Assembly: GCA_964016885.1 (NCBI GenBank)
Contig: OZ024745.1
Coordinates: 87,420,001-87,484,000, forward strand
From: Eledone cirrhosa
Lineage: Eukaryota
DNA: 64,000 nucleotides
Direction of reading: 5' to 3'
This document shows positions 1 to 13,345 of this stretch, one piece after another (positions within the stretch are counted from its first letter, which is position 1; every line of letters starts with the position of its first letter). Position numbers and translations under genes: made by a program. Below the pieces are notes generated by a model that was given only the letters and a program-made list of their open reading frames with translations, made no database searches and was not told where the DNA came from.

Positions 1-1665
1 ATTTTATAGTGTGTTTGTTAAATATTTTACTATAGATATGTGAGGGAGGGAAGCATTTATTTAAGGCACTAAAGAATAATTTAGGAATATTATTATTAAT
101 AGAGATGGAGAAAGGAGCATTATACCAGATTATGTTTTTGTATCTAGGTCTTTTATTAAAGTTATTGGAATGATCATGATTAATTATTCTACTGTGAGAT
201 CTTCTAGAATTTGTTTCTTTACTATATTTGATTTTATCAGGATAGCCGGCTTTAGAAAGCGCGTTATTATAGTAATTGGCGTTAGCACCAAAGATATTTT
301 TATTAGAAGATAGGTTAGATATTCTTTTTCCAATATTACTAATTATAGCATTCTTAATATTAGTGGGGTGGTTAGATTTAAAATTAACATAATTTAGGTT
401 CTCATTGTTTTTATGGTAAGGGTAATATAGGCCAGTGTCAAGATTAAGAGATACATCCAAGAAATTAGCTAGTTTGATGCTGTTATCAAATTCAATTTTA
501 AGTTATGTTGGTTAAAGAGATTACGTATATTGTTCTTAATAATATTAAGGTTAACTATGTTGCAATTTAAGATAGTAAAGAGTCCATCGTCACGATAAAT
601 TCCACCGCGAAGTTGAGGAATTTTCCGACTCAAAGAGTTCAAAATAAAGATACCAATTAAATCTGTCAATTGGGATGCATCGGATGCTCCCATTGTGATG
701 TCGAAGTTGTTAGCGGTATCAGCTCTGGTCCAATATTCATTGTTGAATTCTAGGATGGTTTTACGTGCGGTGAGAATGATGTGATGTTCATCTGTGGTGA
801 TGTCAGAATATTTAAATGCGAAAGATAGAGCATTGTTGAGAAGTGAAAGCGAAATAGAAGAATAGTAGATGGCAATATCAAATTGAACAAATTTTAGTTT
901 GTTTTTATTATTCAATTTGTTGAACCAGCCAATCACTTCAGAAGTACCAAATCATACATTTAAGTTCAAAGAAGAGCAATTAGAACGAACCTGTGGGATA
1001 ATTATATCCAAGATGGCTTTACTAACAACCCCCAGATCTGATTTAGAGGGGGCGATTAATTTAACAGGTAGTTCAGTACGAAAATTGTTTTTGTGATCCT
1101 TGAGATTTATCCTCGGAGTTCTTGGGAGGAATGGTTCGGTCTTTTTTCCGATGCCAAGTTTTGACATAATCTCAGAGGCTTCAAAGTTTATGGATTCTAA
1201 ATTATCATGGTTGGTTTTACGATATTTTTTCCTAAGTTCCGTTAGGATAAGGTTGTTATAGTTATCCTTGGAAATACCATATAAATTATTGGTTTTGTCA
1301 GACTGGACTAAAACATTTTTTGAGGAATTTAGGTTTGAAATTGTGTTCTTGAGATTTACAAGGTGCTCTTGTCCTTTGTAAGGGTATCTCTTGAATTTAA
1401 GATTTTTTATAATTTTTGTTAACTCTTCCTCGAATTGCACTAGATGTTTGTTGGAAGGAGGATTTCTTCTAGAATTAAATAGATGATCGAAGAAGTTATG
1501 TTCTTTGGTATAGAAGTTCCCTTTTAGGCGCTGGTCATAGAAATAAGCTATCCATCTAAGTCTTCTTACAAATGTGTCAGTTTTTTCAATTAGAAGTTTG
1601 GTGAATTCAGATTTACCAGGTATAGGAATGTCTTTAGTTGAATTGGTTATGTTGTAATAATCCAT
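1..1665 (-). mobile_element. Penelope-like retroelement (Hydra-type) RT ORF, degraded, running off the window edge
   Basis: ORFs 952-1665 (STKDIPIP...LIEKTDTFVRRLRWIAYF, SDKTNNLY) and 469-936 (QFDIAIYYSSI, ITMGASD, GGIYRDDGL). Reading continues past an in-frame stop at 469 (NFLDVSLNL...SNHP). Frameshift near 940-950. Confidence 0.85.
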
Positions 1666-2000
1666 GTTGTAGAAGAAAAAGGTAAAGGACCATCAAAAGG
1701 TATCCAATATGAGAGTTAGCGCTCAACCGTTAAGGAGCAAGTTAATGTAGGAGGTGAGTTTTATTGTAGTACAATAAAGCAATGCAGATATCGGATAAGA
1801 AGCACTCTACAGTTTGTAAGACTGGAGTATACATATTATGTATTCTCCAGTACCACAATAAAACTCACCTCCTACATTAACTTGCTCCTTAACGGTTGAG
1901 CGCTAACTCTCATATTGGATACCTTTGATGGTCCTTTACCTTTTTCTTCTACAACATGGATTATTACAATATAACCAATTCAACTAAAGACATTCCTATA
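1622..2000. repeat. Inverted pseudo-LTR arrangement at the 5' end of the PLE
   Basis: ~1622-1790 is the reverse complement of ~1850-2000; both arms encode [16 protein letters not shown] small hairpin lies at 1821-1851, followed by (TA)n. Confidence 0.85.
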
Positions 2001-2001
2001 A

Positions 2002-2032
<31 letters not shown>

Positions 2033-2053
2033 TAAATACATATATGTATATAA

Positions 2054-2151
<98 letters not shown>

Positions 2152-2427
2152 TAAAACATGTCTATAGAATCACCAGATAAAATATATACTGTTTCCTCTC
2201 CCAATTAGCATAATTAACCATATAAAAAATCGATTAGACCAAGCTATAAGAATAAAGGCTTCTATGAAGGAATCTCCGACAAATAACCGAAAACAGCCCT
2301 TCGCGGCGGTTGCGACGGAGTATTTATCGAGTATTTCGACCGCGTGTATAAATCGACCAGGTATACAGTCAACTAAACAGAATTATGTGTAAAATAAAGT
2401 AGGAGAAAAGTGAACATATTTAGTTAC

Positions 2428-2501
2428 CTCTACCATGGTTTCGTCCGCATTTTAAGATATCCGATAACATTGGACATCTGGAGCACCGGACTCTTCAGGA
2501 G
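2428..2501 (-). ncRNA. Type I hammerhead ribozyme (mirror copy of 3082-3155)
   Basis: Reverse complement reads ctc-CTGAAGA-gtccg...cggac-GAAA-ccatgg-TA-gag. Confidence 0.7.
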
Positions 2502-2702
2502 TTAGCTCAAATTTAGACAATTAATTTTCCAAAGTGATCGCGCCAAGAATACATTAAAAAATGGCTAAGAATCGTGACGTAGCAGCGGTCAAGTAAAAAG
2601 AATATGATTAGTTGCTTACGGCTGGTGGCCTTTTGCTAGAAAGCGCAGCCCAATACAGCCAAAATTGTATCACAACCTAACGGGAGATTATTACATATAA
2701 AG

Positions 2703-2821
<119 letters not shown>

Positions 2822-3081
2822 GCAACGGGTCACTTTGTGGCTCAATGAAGAGTTAATAAATTAAATAATCAGAGCTATATATCATAAAACATGTCTATAG
2901 AATCAATTGAGATACAATTTTGGCTGTATTGGGCTGCGCCTTCTAACAAAAGTCCACCAGCCGTAAGCAACTAATCACATTCTTTCTAACTTGACCGCTG
3001 CTACGTCACGATTCTTAGCCATTTTTGAATGTATTCTTGGCGCGATCACTTTGGAAAATTAATTGTCTAAATTTGAACTAA

Positions 3082-3155
3082 CTCCTGAAGAGTCCGGTGC
3101 TCTAGCTGTCCAGTGTTATCGGATATCTTAAAATGCGGACGAAACCATGGTAGAG
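3082..3155 (+). ncRNA. Type I hammerhead ribozyme with palindromic stem III
   Basis: ctc CTGAAGA gtccg...cggac GAAA ccatgg TA gag. Core is intact; stem I is short. Confidence 0.7.
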
Positions 3156-3424
3156 GTAACTAAATATGTTCACTTTTCTCCTAGTTTATTTTACACTTAA
3201 TTCTGTTTAGTTGACTGTATACCTGTTCGATTTATACACGTGGTCGTAATACTCGATAAATACTCCGTCGCAATCGCCGCGAAGGGCTGCTTTCGGTTAT
3301 TTGTCGGAGATTTCTTCATAGAAGCCTTTATTCTTATAGCTTGGTCTAATCGATTTTTTATATGGTTAATTATGCTAATTGGGAGAGGAAACGGTATATA
3401 TTTTATCTGGTGATTCTATAGACA

Positions 3425-3600
3425 TGATCCTTCAAGTTAATCCTCGGCTGTCTAGGTAAGAATGGCTCGGTTCTTCCTTCTATTCCTAAATTGATAATTA
3501 ATTTGTAGGCTTCTTCATTAATTTCAGTAAGATCATCAGCCGGGCCTTTTTGTAATTTTTCCTAAGTTCCTTTAAAATCAAGTTGTTATATTCATCTTTG
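3425..3600 (-). pseudogene. Fragment of a second Hydra-type PLE ORF
   Basis: Translates to KDEYNNLILKELRK...TEPFLPRQPRINLKDH, homologous to 1095-1270. Confidence 0.75.
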
Positions 3601-4385
3601 AATAATGTTGATTATTAATAACTATGAGACCCTAATTAACAAAAAAAGTGAATTATTCTCTAGTTGCCTTCATAAAGCTACGTCCACATTTTTAGCCTCC
3701 CACAAAACTAGGAAAAAAGAGAGAGAAACACTAAACCATTAAAAACTTGGTTGTCATACTTATATAATCAACAGGGAAAAACATTAATGGCCTTTAATAT
3801 TGCATTATCTTATAACTATCTATAGGAGTGAATGAAAGACACTTGTTCAATAACACGCCGGAACATTGATATACAAAACATAATATTATTAACCTTGATC
3901 CATACCATTATTTCTTTATTTCTCTATCTTTATCTTCCTATCTAAGTTTTAAATTTTAGTTTAATATCCAACCAATACATTTTTACGGAACTTATTTCTA
4001 ACTATGAATCTTTCAGGCGTTTACATTTTTGATCTCTTATTTATAATATGTATGTAATTATATTCTGTAAGTTTTTAAATATACCTACCGCATTTTTATA
4101 TCCATGATTCAAATATAGAGCAAATATCCAAACTATAAATTATTATAGACCTTATTTTGAACTCTGAATTATCCATGCATTTATTATTGTTTTTCTTATA
4201 TATATGTATGTATTTAACTGTAACACGTCGAATTTTATTATATAAAATTATAACCGATATCATTTACCTAAAGTATACTGTATCACTAATACATAATATA
4301 TAACCATATATACCTCCCTGTATCTTTCTGTAATTGATCAAAAGAACATCTATTTTATTAATATTTGTATTTTAATATATATATA

Positions 4386-4790
4386 TATTTATTAAAATAA
4401 CAGATTAAAGTTTAAGCAAATAATCACTGCTTTCACCCTTAACGGGATCTTCTGAAACTAACTTAGAAGTTGTGAATACTTATTATGGATAGTTTTAGCG
4501 TACGGCGTTGTTTGACTCAACAAGAGGTATACGTAGATGACGAGTTTATGATTTCACTTGTATTTCTATGAAAGTTTATCTTGGAGTAATAAAACTGAAA
4601 AAGTGAAGAATAACATGGTCAACAGTTAGTTTCAAAAGATCCCGTTAAGGGTAAAATCAGCGATTCTTTGCTTAAACTTTAATCTGTTATTTTAATAAAT
4701 ATTTGGTCTACGGTTCTTATATATTTGATATATATTTATCCTTATCGAACCCTCTTTGGATTTTAGTCTTCAAATTTATTAATATTACTA
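4386..4790. mobile_element. PLE-terminus-like fragments in inverted orientation, with an HHR-like motif (4409-4460, minus)
   Basis: 4386-4462 is inverted relative to 4627-4703. Same family as 40655-40815 and 42010-42175. Confidence 0.7.
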
Positions 4791-4978
4791 TATATATATA
4801 TATAGCAGTATGTAGGTGGGTATATATATATGTGTCTGTGTGTGTGTGTGCAGGTGCTTGTGTGTAGCTGTTTTTTTTTCTTTTTAAATTCCATTTCGTG
4901 CTATACTGCACGTTTGATGATTTCAGTAACATATCAGAAGTGATTGCTAGCCACACCACATCCCACTACTGTTACTTG

Positions 4979-5283
4979 GAGAGAGAGAGAGAGTGTGTGT
5001 GTGTGTGTGTGTGTGAGAGAGTGAGAGAGGGAGTGAATGTGTTTGAGAGAGAGAGAGAGGGAGTGAATGTGTTTGAGAGAGAGAGAGAGAGTGAGAGGGA
5101 GAGAGATATCGAGAGAAAGAGAGAGAGAGAGAGAAATAGTGTGTGTGTGTGTGTGAGAGAGCGAGATATATATATATATAGTGAGAGAGAGAGAGTGAAT
5201 GTGTTTGAGAGAGCGAGTGCGAGAAAGAAACATGTTAAGTAGTGGCCCACTTAACCAACTTTAAAGAATGAGAGACAAATGTG

Positions 5284-5323
<40 letters not shown>

Positions 5324-5372
5324 GGAGAGATAGAGAGAGAGAGAGAGTTGGTGAGATAGAGAGAGAGGGAGT

Positions 5373-5423
<51 letters not shown>
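4979..5423. repeat. (GA)n/(GT)n compound microsatellite
   Basis: Seen directly in the sequence. Confidence 0.95.
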
Positions 5424-5428
<5 letters not shown>

Positions 5429-5459
5429 GTGAGTGAGTGAGACGAAGATAGACAAATCT

Positions 5460-5590
5460 ACCCCAGCTCATGGTTGGTACTTAATCTACCGATGAACGCG
5501 AGAGTTGACTTTGTAGGTATTTGAACTCAGATTGTAAAGAGGTACTTTAACTACCTTAAGGTACTTTAACTACTCCACCGATTCGCAGAC
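5460..5590 (-). mobile_element. Diverged tRNA-derived SINE fragment
   Basis: cccagc..ggtactt..accga..agttgact..atttgaactcag matches the SINE copies at 15590 and 25938. Confidence 0.5.
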
Positions 5591-6215
5591 ATCACGTTGT
5601 GTATATGTATAAATATGTATGCATGAGTTTGTATATATATATAGATATATATATATAATGAAAAATTAAAAATTAGAAGTTAGGATTATCCATCATCAGT
5701 TGTCTAGTAGGCATCATAGGTATTTCTTCGCGTTAGCGACAAGATAGCTCAGCCTAGGGCGATTCAATAATTAAAAAAGAAGTGGGTGGAGAAAGAGAAA
5801 GACATGTAAACAGACACGATGGGTGAAGCAACGTAAAGAGAGGAAAAAAGGAAAAATATCAAGTCAATAATTCATTTCGAACATAAGAACAGGCGAATGT
5901 GTATGAATGTATGCATGCACATATATGTTCAATTCATTGAACATACTGTAACATATAAAATACATTGGACACTTGTAATTTACAAAAGAAAGATGGACGC
6001 CGTTTCATTCTGGTTTAGTACAAATGGACTCAGATTACTTTAGCTTTCTCTTGTCCTTCTCCTATCAATTGATTGACTTGATGACAACAACTTGCAAACG
6101 CTTATTATCAAGATGTTTGTTTGATCAGTATTTTCTCCAAGGTCACCAAGTACCTTCGATTATAAATAAAAATGTCTGTATTTAAAATATTGCATTGTAA
6201 AGCGTCATATACGTT

Positions 6216-7024
6216 TGTCAGATAGAGTGGTGTCAGGTAGAGTGGAGGTGTCAGGTAGAGTGGAGGTGACAGGTAGAGTGGAGGTGACAGGTAGGGTGGA
6301 GGTGACAGATAGAGTGGAGGTGACAGGTAGAGTGGAGGTGTCAGGTAGAGTGGAGGTGACAGTTAGAGTGGAGGTGACAGGTAGAGTGGAGGTGTCAGGT
6401 AGAGTGGAGGTGACAGGTAGAGTGGAGGTGACAGGTAGAGTGGAGGTGACACGTAGAGTGGAGGTGTCACGTAGAGTGGAGGTGTCAGGTAGAGTGGAGG
6501 TGTCAGGTAGAGTGGAGGTGTCAGGTAGAATGGAGGTGACAGGTAGAGTGGGGGTGACAGGTAGAGTGGAGGTGTCAGGTAGAGTGGAGGTGTCAGCTAG
6601 AGTGGAGGTGACAGATAGAGTGGAGGTGTCAGGTAGAGTGGAGGTGTCAGGTAGAGTGGAGGTGTCAGGTAGAGTGGAGGTGACAGGTAGAGTGGAGGTG
6701 ACAGGTAGAGTGAAGGTGTCAGGTAGAGTGGAGGTGACAGGTAGAGTGGAGGTGACAGGTAGAGTGGAGGTGACAGGTAGAGTGGAGGTGACAGGTAGAG
6801 TGGAGGTGTCAGGTAGAGTGGAGGTGTCAGGTCGAGTGGAGGTGACAGGTAGAGTGGAGGTGTCAGGTAGAGTGGAGGTGTCAGGTAGATTGGAGGTGTC
6901 AGGTAGAGTGGAGGTGTCAGGTAGAGTGGAGGTGTCAGGTAGAGTGGAGGTCACAGGTAGAGTGGAGGTGTCAGGTAGAGTGGAGGTGTCAGGTAGAGTG
7001 GAGGTGACAGGTAGAGTGGAGGTG
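6216..7024. repeat. 18-bp minisatellite GTGGAGGTG(T/A)CAGGTAGA, ~45 units
   Basis: Direct tandem periodicity with two main variants (GTCAGG and GACAGG). Confidence 0.97.
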
Positions 7025-7079
7025 TTGTTATCTTTATTGTGTTGACATATTGGTGACGTGCTGTGGTCGTGTAAGAAGT

Positions 7080-7600
7080 AGTGGTAGTGGTTTAGTGTTT
7101 GGTGGTGGTGTGGTGGAGGTGGTGGTGTTAGAGATGGTGTGGTGGATGTGGTGTGTAGGAGATGGTGGTGTTAGAGGACATGTGGTGGAAGTGGTGTGGT
7201 GGAGGTTGTGTGGTGGATGTGTTGTGTTGGAGGTGGTGTGGTGGAGGTGGTGTGTTGGGTTGGAGGTGGTGTTGTTGGAGGTGGTGAGGTGGATGTGGTG
7301 TGGTGGAGGTGGTGTGGTGGGGTGGAGGTGATGTTGTGGAGGTGGAGTGGCGGAGGTGGTGTAGTGGAGGTGGTGTGGTGGAGGGTATGTGGTGGATGTG
7401 CTGTGGTGGAGGTGGTGTGAGGGAGGTGGTGTCGTGTAAGTAGAAGTGGTGAGGTGGCAGTGGTGTGGATGAGGTGGTATGGTGGAGGTGGTGTGCTGGA
7501 AGTGGTGTGGTGGAGGTGGTGTGGTGGAGGTGGTAGTGGTGTGGTGGAGGTGGTGGTGTTGGATGTGGCGGTGTGGTGGAGGTGGTGTGGTGGATGTGGT
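7080..7600. repeat. Degenerate G/T-rich tandem repeat (GGTGGTGTGGTGGA-like)
   Basis: Seen directly in the sequence. Confidence 0.9.
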
Positions 7601-7877
7601 ACAGATAAACGTGTTGCCTGGTGAGTTAGGGGCTTTGAGCTATTGTTTTGGTCGGTGAATTCAAAATCAATTTATACAGTTCGATATCGAATGTTGGTTG
7701 TTCAGTATTGAATTTTACGAGGTGTTGGATGTAAGTCTCCTGGTGAATAAAAATTCGATATATAAGGTGTAAGACTATAAAATTTAGCAATATAAAAAAA
7801 TCGGAAGTAACGTCGTTGTTGATGCTGATGATGATGATAATGATAATATTAATAATAATAATAATAATAATAATAAT

Positions 7878-8226
7878 GCTTTCTTTATTAACCACAAGGG
7901 TTTACATAAAGTAGACATTAAGGACAGTACAGGACAATACAGGACGGTACAAATGGGCATTTCTGCGTGTAAAAAACAAAAACAGAGGATGTAATAAAAT
8001 TAACAATGAAAAATTCCCCAATAGGGGGAGACTTCGGAGGGACATTTGTGGAGAAAGCCCATTAAAAGCCACATTGACCCTGACCACCAGGGCAAGTGCC
8101 CTCTCCCAGTTTTCCACCTTTAATTTACAGACACATACTCAGAGTAGGCCCATTCACTCGGGCCATTCTTGCTTCTCTCACCTATCTTTCAACAAAATGC
8201 TGGGAAGAGAGCACTTCCCTCTCTAT
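7878..8226 (-). mobile_element. 5'-truncated Tx1-type element (3' end only)
   Basis: Near-identical to 15789-16140 and similar to 9646-9992. Its 3' end abuts (AAT)n. Confidence 0.9.
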
Positions 8227-8227
8227 T

Positions 8228-9592
8228 GAGCAGAAGCAACGGAATCCATGCACCAACAGGTGAGATGATAAATGAAATTGACACTGAAGAAGGATGCAAG
8301 TATTTGGGTGCTCTGGAGGCTGATGACATCAAGAACAAAAAACTGAAGGAATTGATAAGATCTGAATATATTTGGAGAGTAAGGAGCGTATTGAAATCAC
8401 ATCTGAACAGTAGGAATGCCATAAGTGCAGTAAATTCACGAGCTGTCTATTATTAGGTACAGTGCGGGAATTCTGAGAAGGAATGTTGCTGAACAAAAAG
8501 AAATGGATAGGAAGACTAGGAAGCTATTGACTATCTACAACATGTTCCCCAAGAGGAGTGATGTCGATAGACTCTACTTAAGGAGATGTGAAGGTGGAAT
8601 AGGTCTTATCAGCATAGAGGACTGTGTTCAGATGGAAAAAAACAACCTACAAAAATTCGTCACTGATAGAAAGGAGCCAATTCTCAGAATTGTACTGAAG
8701 GAGAGGATAATAGACCAGGGGATGTCCAAGGAGGAAATAACAACAAGGAGAAAGAGCAGCCTTCATAAAAATCCCTTCATAGTACCTTCTTTGAGAAAAC
8801 TGAATTCAGAGATCCACAGACATGGAACTGGTTGAAAAGAGGAGACCTTAAAAAGGCTACAGAAGGAATGCTAATGACTGCGCAAGAGCAGGCCCTCAAA
8901 ACGAAGTGACTAAAACACCATATTTACAAGGAGGAGGCTAGCCCACTGTGCAGGATCTGTGGAGAGAGAGAGGTGACTGTGGCTCACATTGTATCCGAGT
9001 GTAAACACCTAGCCCAGACTCACTATAAAGGCTGGAACATGATTTGATGGGCAGGGTGATCCACTGGCACCTATGCAAAGTAAACAATTTACCACATTCT
9101 GAGAAGTGGTATGAGCATAAGCCAGAGTCGGTGATAGAAAACGATCAGGTGAAAGTGCTGTGGGATTTTAGGATACAGACGGACAAGAAACTGGAACACA
9201 ATAGACCTGATCTGGTGGTTTTGGACAAGGAAAAAAGATCGTGCCTGATTGTGGATGTGGCCTGCCCATTCGACACGAGAGTGCAAGAGAAGGAGCGGGA
9301 GAAAATTAACCGATACCAGGACTTAAAGTGGGAGGTAAAAAGGATTTGGAACTGCCATGAAGTCAAAGTGGTCCCGATTGTCATGGGCGCACTAGGTACT
9401 ATCTCAAAGAGTTTCCAGGGATGGTTAAAGACAATTGGCACCGCCCCGCTTTTTGGAACACTTCAAAAGGCATGCTTGCTGGGAACAGCAAGAACCCTCC
9501 GATACGTCCTGAATATCTGAGGCTGCAGGTAGTGGCTTGATATTCATTTCAACAAACTTTCCAGTAAACTAACATCAATGACTGAGACTCAA

Positions 9593-9594
<2 letters not shown>
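8228..9594 (+). mobile_element. R4/Dong-type non-LTR retrotransposon, 3' part (late RT, CCHC zinc knuckle, restriction-like endonuclease), degraded
   Basis: CKYLG, DVDRLYLRRCEGGIGL, CRICGEREVTVAHIVSEC, LWDFRIQTDKKLEHNRPDLVV..IVDVACP..EKINRYQDL. Ends in (AAT)n. Confidence 0.9.
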
Positions 9595-9647
<53 letters not shown>

Positions 9648-9891
9648 TGTTTTCTTTATTAACCACAAGGGTTCACATAAAGTAGACATTAAGGACAGTA
9701 CAGGACAATACAGGACGGTACAAATGGGCATTTCTGCGTGTAAAAAAACAGAGGTTGAAATAAAATAACAAAGTAAAATTCCCCAATAGGGGGGAGACTT
9801 CCAAGGGACATTTGTGGAGAAAGCCCATTAAAAGACCACAGTGGCCCTGACCACCAGGGCAAGTGCCCTCTCCCAGTTTTTCACCTTTAAT

Positions 9892-12800
9892 TTATAGACA
9901 CATACTCAGAGAAGGCCCATTCATTCGGGCCATACTTGCTTCTCTCACCCATCTTTCAACAAAATGCTGGGAAGAGAGCACTTCCCTCTCTACCCTGATT
10001 TTCCTTTTCAAATGAAATTTGAAAAAGTTAATCAGGGCATCACCGAAGAGGTAAGTGCTCGTCTTCAGCCCTTTCAAACGTGTCCACCATACTATCTCTT
10101 TCGCCATGGCCACCAGACAGATAAAAACTGCCTGCCCTTCCAGGCTAAAGGAAGGGGGCGGGGCAATCCTCACGATGGACTCAGCTGATAGCTGGATCCG
10201 TCCTACACGTGACAGCAGGTGTTCGACATAAACCCACAAGTCAGCAATGCTCGGACACTGGACGAGTGCGTGCAGGACGGTTTCGTCGCCCTGCGCGCAT
10301 CTCGGACATGCCCGGCTGACGGCACCTCCATGCCTGTAGAGTTTATCCCGAACTGGCAAAGCTCCTCGGTAGCACTGCCAGGCCAGAGATTTCTGGAAGT
10401 TGTCCACAGGCCCCGGCACGAAAGTCCTTCCGAAGAGATTGGCTAGTTGATTTTCGTCGACGCCTAGAGTTTCTCCAAGTACGTCGTCGCTCTTCCCCTC
10501 CACTAATCCCCTATAGAACGCCAAGGTGGAGTTTCCACCGATCACATTGTCCGATTGGTCGAGGGCTGTGAGCGCCTGAAGACATTCCAGTACCCAAGCG
10601 CTCCCTCTCGGTCTTCGATTGACCCAGGACTGCAGCTCCGTCAAGGAGACGAGCTGGGGAAAAACGTGTCTTGCAAACGGCGACCACACCTGATCACCGT
10701 CGAGGAAGAGGTGGAGATGTCGTAGCCTGAGCGCGTGTCTGCGCATCATCAGCCACGGCATGCCCAGCCCTCCACGTAGCGGGTGTTGACAGCAGATGGA
10801 CCGCCTGACCATCGGAGCGCGTCCCTTCCACAAGAAGCGAAAGAGCAAACGCTCCAGCGCAGTCAGGCGGGGCTTAGGACAAAGTACGACGGTCAGGCGG
10901 TAGTAGATGACGGATGCGATGTACGCATTCGCCACCTCCGCTCGACCTTTCAGGGATAGCTTCCTCTCGGCCCATTTCTGGGTGAGAGAAGCCACCCTGC
11001 TCGTCACCTCGTCCCAGTTTTTGTCCGTCTGGAGGTCTGAACCGAACCAGACCCCTAGCAATTTAACCGGTCCGTCCGTCCAGCGCCCGACGACGCTGTT
11101 GGACGGCATGGACCTGCCTCTCCAGGTGCCGAGCTGCAGGCCCACTGACTTTTCCTGGTTGATCATTGCTCCTGTCACCGCTTCGTATTCTCTTAGTGTA
11201 GTGCCGTTGGCCTCGATGTGTTTGGCGTTCGACACCACTACGGTGACATCGTCCGCATATGCTGACACGGATCTTCCGCATCCTAGTTCGCGCGGGACCC
11301 CCTTCAACGTCTCCAGTTTGTGCAGTAATGGCTCGAGAGTCAATACGTACAATAGGGACGAGAGGGGACATCCTTGGCGGACCGAGCGCATGATGTTGAA
11401 CGGTTCCGAAAGGTGACCGTTCACTCTCACTACAGAGCAGATGTCGCTGTCCATGGCAGCGATCCAGCCTCTGAAGACGGGCCCAAAGCTAGCCGCCCTC
11501 AGGACTGCCGCTAGGTAACGATGGTCGACCCTATCGAAGGCTTTCGACTGATCTAAATTGATCAAAGACCCACCCGTGCCAGGTTCCCTAGCTACCCTCT
11601 CTACGATGTATCGCATGAGGTGGAGGTTGTCGTGGATGGATCTGTCGGGAATGGCACATGTCTGTGCCTCTCCCACCAGACCACCAACGACAAGCGCCAA
11701 CCTCTTTGCTAGCACCTTGGCCAAAATCTTGAACTCTGTGTTTAGCAGAGTTATGGGCCTAAAATTATCTATGTTATCCCCCTTGTTCGGATCCTTTCTC
11801 AGCAGCGCCACCGCTCCTCGGCTCACAGAGCTGGGAATTCTCCCGTTCTGTTGCCAGTTGCAGTAGACGTCCGCCAAGAGGCCTCCGAACAAGTTTGGCA
11901 TTTGTACATAAAGTTCATAGGGCAGACCATCCAAACCAGACGATTTTCCCCTTGTGCAACTAGTCATTGCATCCCGTACTTCAGTGGTTGTTATCGGCTT
12001 TTCGCAACACTCCGCCTCAGTGGCCGAAAGCCGCGGCAGTCCGTCGAGGTAGACACTAAAGTCCATCCCTCGATCCGGCCCGCCACTGCCCCCGAACAGT
12101 TGAGCGAAGTGTCGCTGAAAAGCTTCACACATTTGCCCGGGATCGAGTAGCATGCGCCCGTCGTGGTCCACCAAAGACCGGATCGTGGCTTTGTTGCCAC
12201 GACGCGCCTCCGCCACTCGGGCCCATTGAACGGCTTTCGTCCCCTAGTGTCTGAGAGCACGCACCCTAGCTCTGACAACGCAGCCTTCGTGCTTTGCATT
12301 GAAGAATTGGTCAAGGGCCAATTTCGCCGCAAGTACGTCGGTCGCGATGCCTTTGCTAAGCGCCTCATCTAATTTTCTAACTAATTCTCCCTCTGCTCTA
12401 TTTTTCTCTATTGCTAAAGTCTTACTAAACCTAATGGACTCTATTCTAATTGCTCTTTTCAGAGCAAACCACCACTTGTTGTTGACGATGGCCCCCGTCA
12501 ACGCCCGCTTAACTTGTTCGCTAATCCGGTCTCTGTAGGCCTTGCGCGCTGGTAAGGACGCGTTTGGCTTCCAGTAGTCGGGTCCTCGTCTATGAAGCCT
12601 ATCTAAGTCAAGCACACAGATCACAAATTTGTGGTCCGTGTAGCTGACTATCTTGAATTGTGGACAGCCTATGCTAGACCTATCTATTTCCCTACAAAAT
12701 ACTCTATCTAGATATGATCTGGATGACCCTATGCGATTTGTCCAAGTCCACATTGGTACATTCGGGAAATCCATTCGGTACCTGTCAGACAGTTCAAAAC

Positions 12801-13311
12801 GTCTGAGCAGGTTGGTGAGTCTCTTGCACCCTCCTTCCCTATCCACTAATCCCACACAATCCCAGCGTGCATCTAAGATCCCGTTCCAGTCGCCCACTAA
12901 CACTAAAGAGCGGGACGTTCCAAGAAAGGTCTCCAGACGCCGGAAGAAATCAGGCCGCCCTGCTCCTGTCGGGGCATAGACGGCCACTAACCTGAAAGCT
13001 TGCCCGTCTCCGCTGGTCACGTCCAGCACCACCATCTTACCTTCTAGGTCCAGGAAGATGGCCCGTATGGCAAGATCCAAACCTCTCCGAAAAAGCACAG
13101 CAACTCCTCCCCCCGATCCCGGACGGCTGGGAGATGCGTACACATCGTAGCCGCCGAAGATCGGTGCGAAAGCCTGTGCTTCGGAGATTCTGGTCTCGCT
13201 GATGGCCACTACATCTATGTTTAGTGACCTGAGGTCGTTGAGCAGGTGGCCCTGCTTCCATGACGACCCCAAGCCACGCGCATTTATGCTGCCTATTCTG
13301 AGTGAGGTCAT
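9892..13311 (-). pseudogene. Copy A ORF2: APE endonuclease + RT + C-terminal CCHC zinc finger, one in-frame stop at 12244-12246
   Basis: GSINARGL, ISET, VYAP, GDWN, SYLDR, TDHK (APE); SGLDGLP, NFRPITLLN, DQSKAFDRV, VRQGCPLS, AYADD (RT); CPRC..ETVLHALVQC. Confidence 0.92.
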
Positions 13312-13345
13312 GTTGAAAAGGAGTGGAAAAGATGGGAAAGACCAC

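Noticed and set aside
6205-7045. Mucin-like ORFs (TSTLPD / SGRVEV repeats)
   Set aside because: These are stop-free frames of an 18-bp minisatellite on both strands, with no unique coding context.
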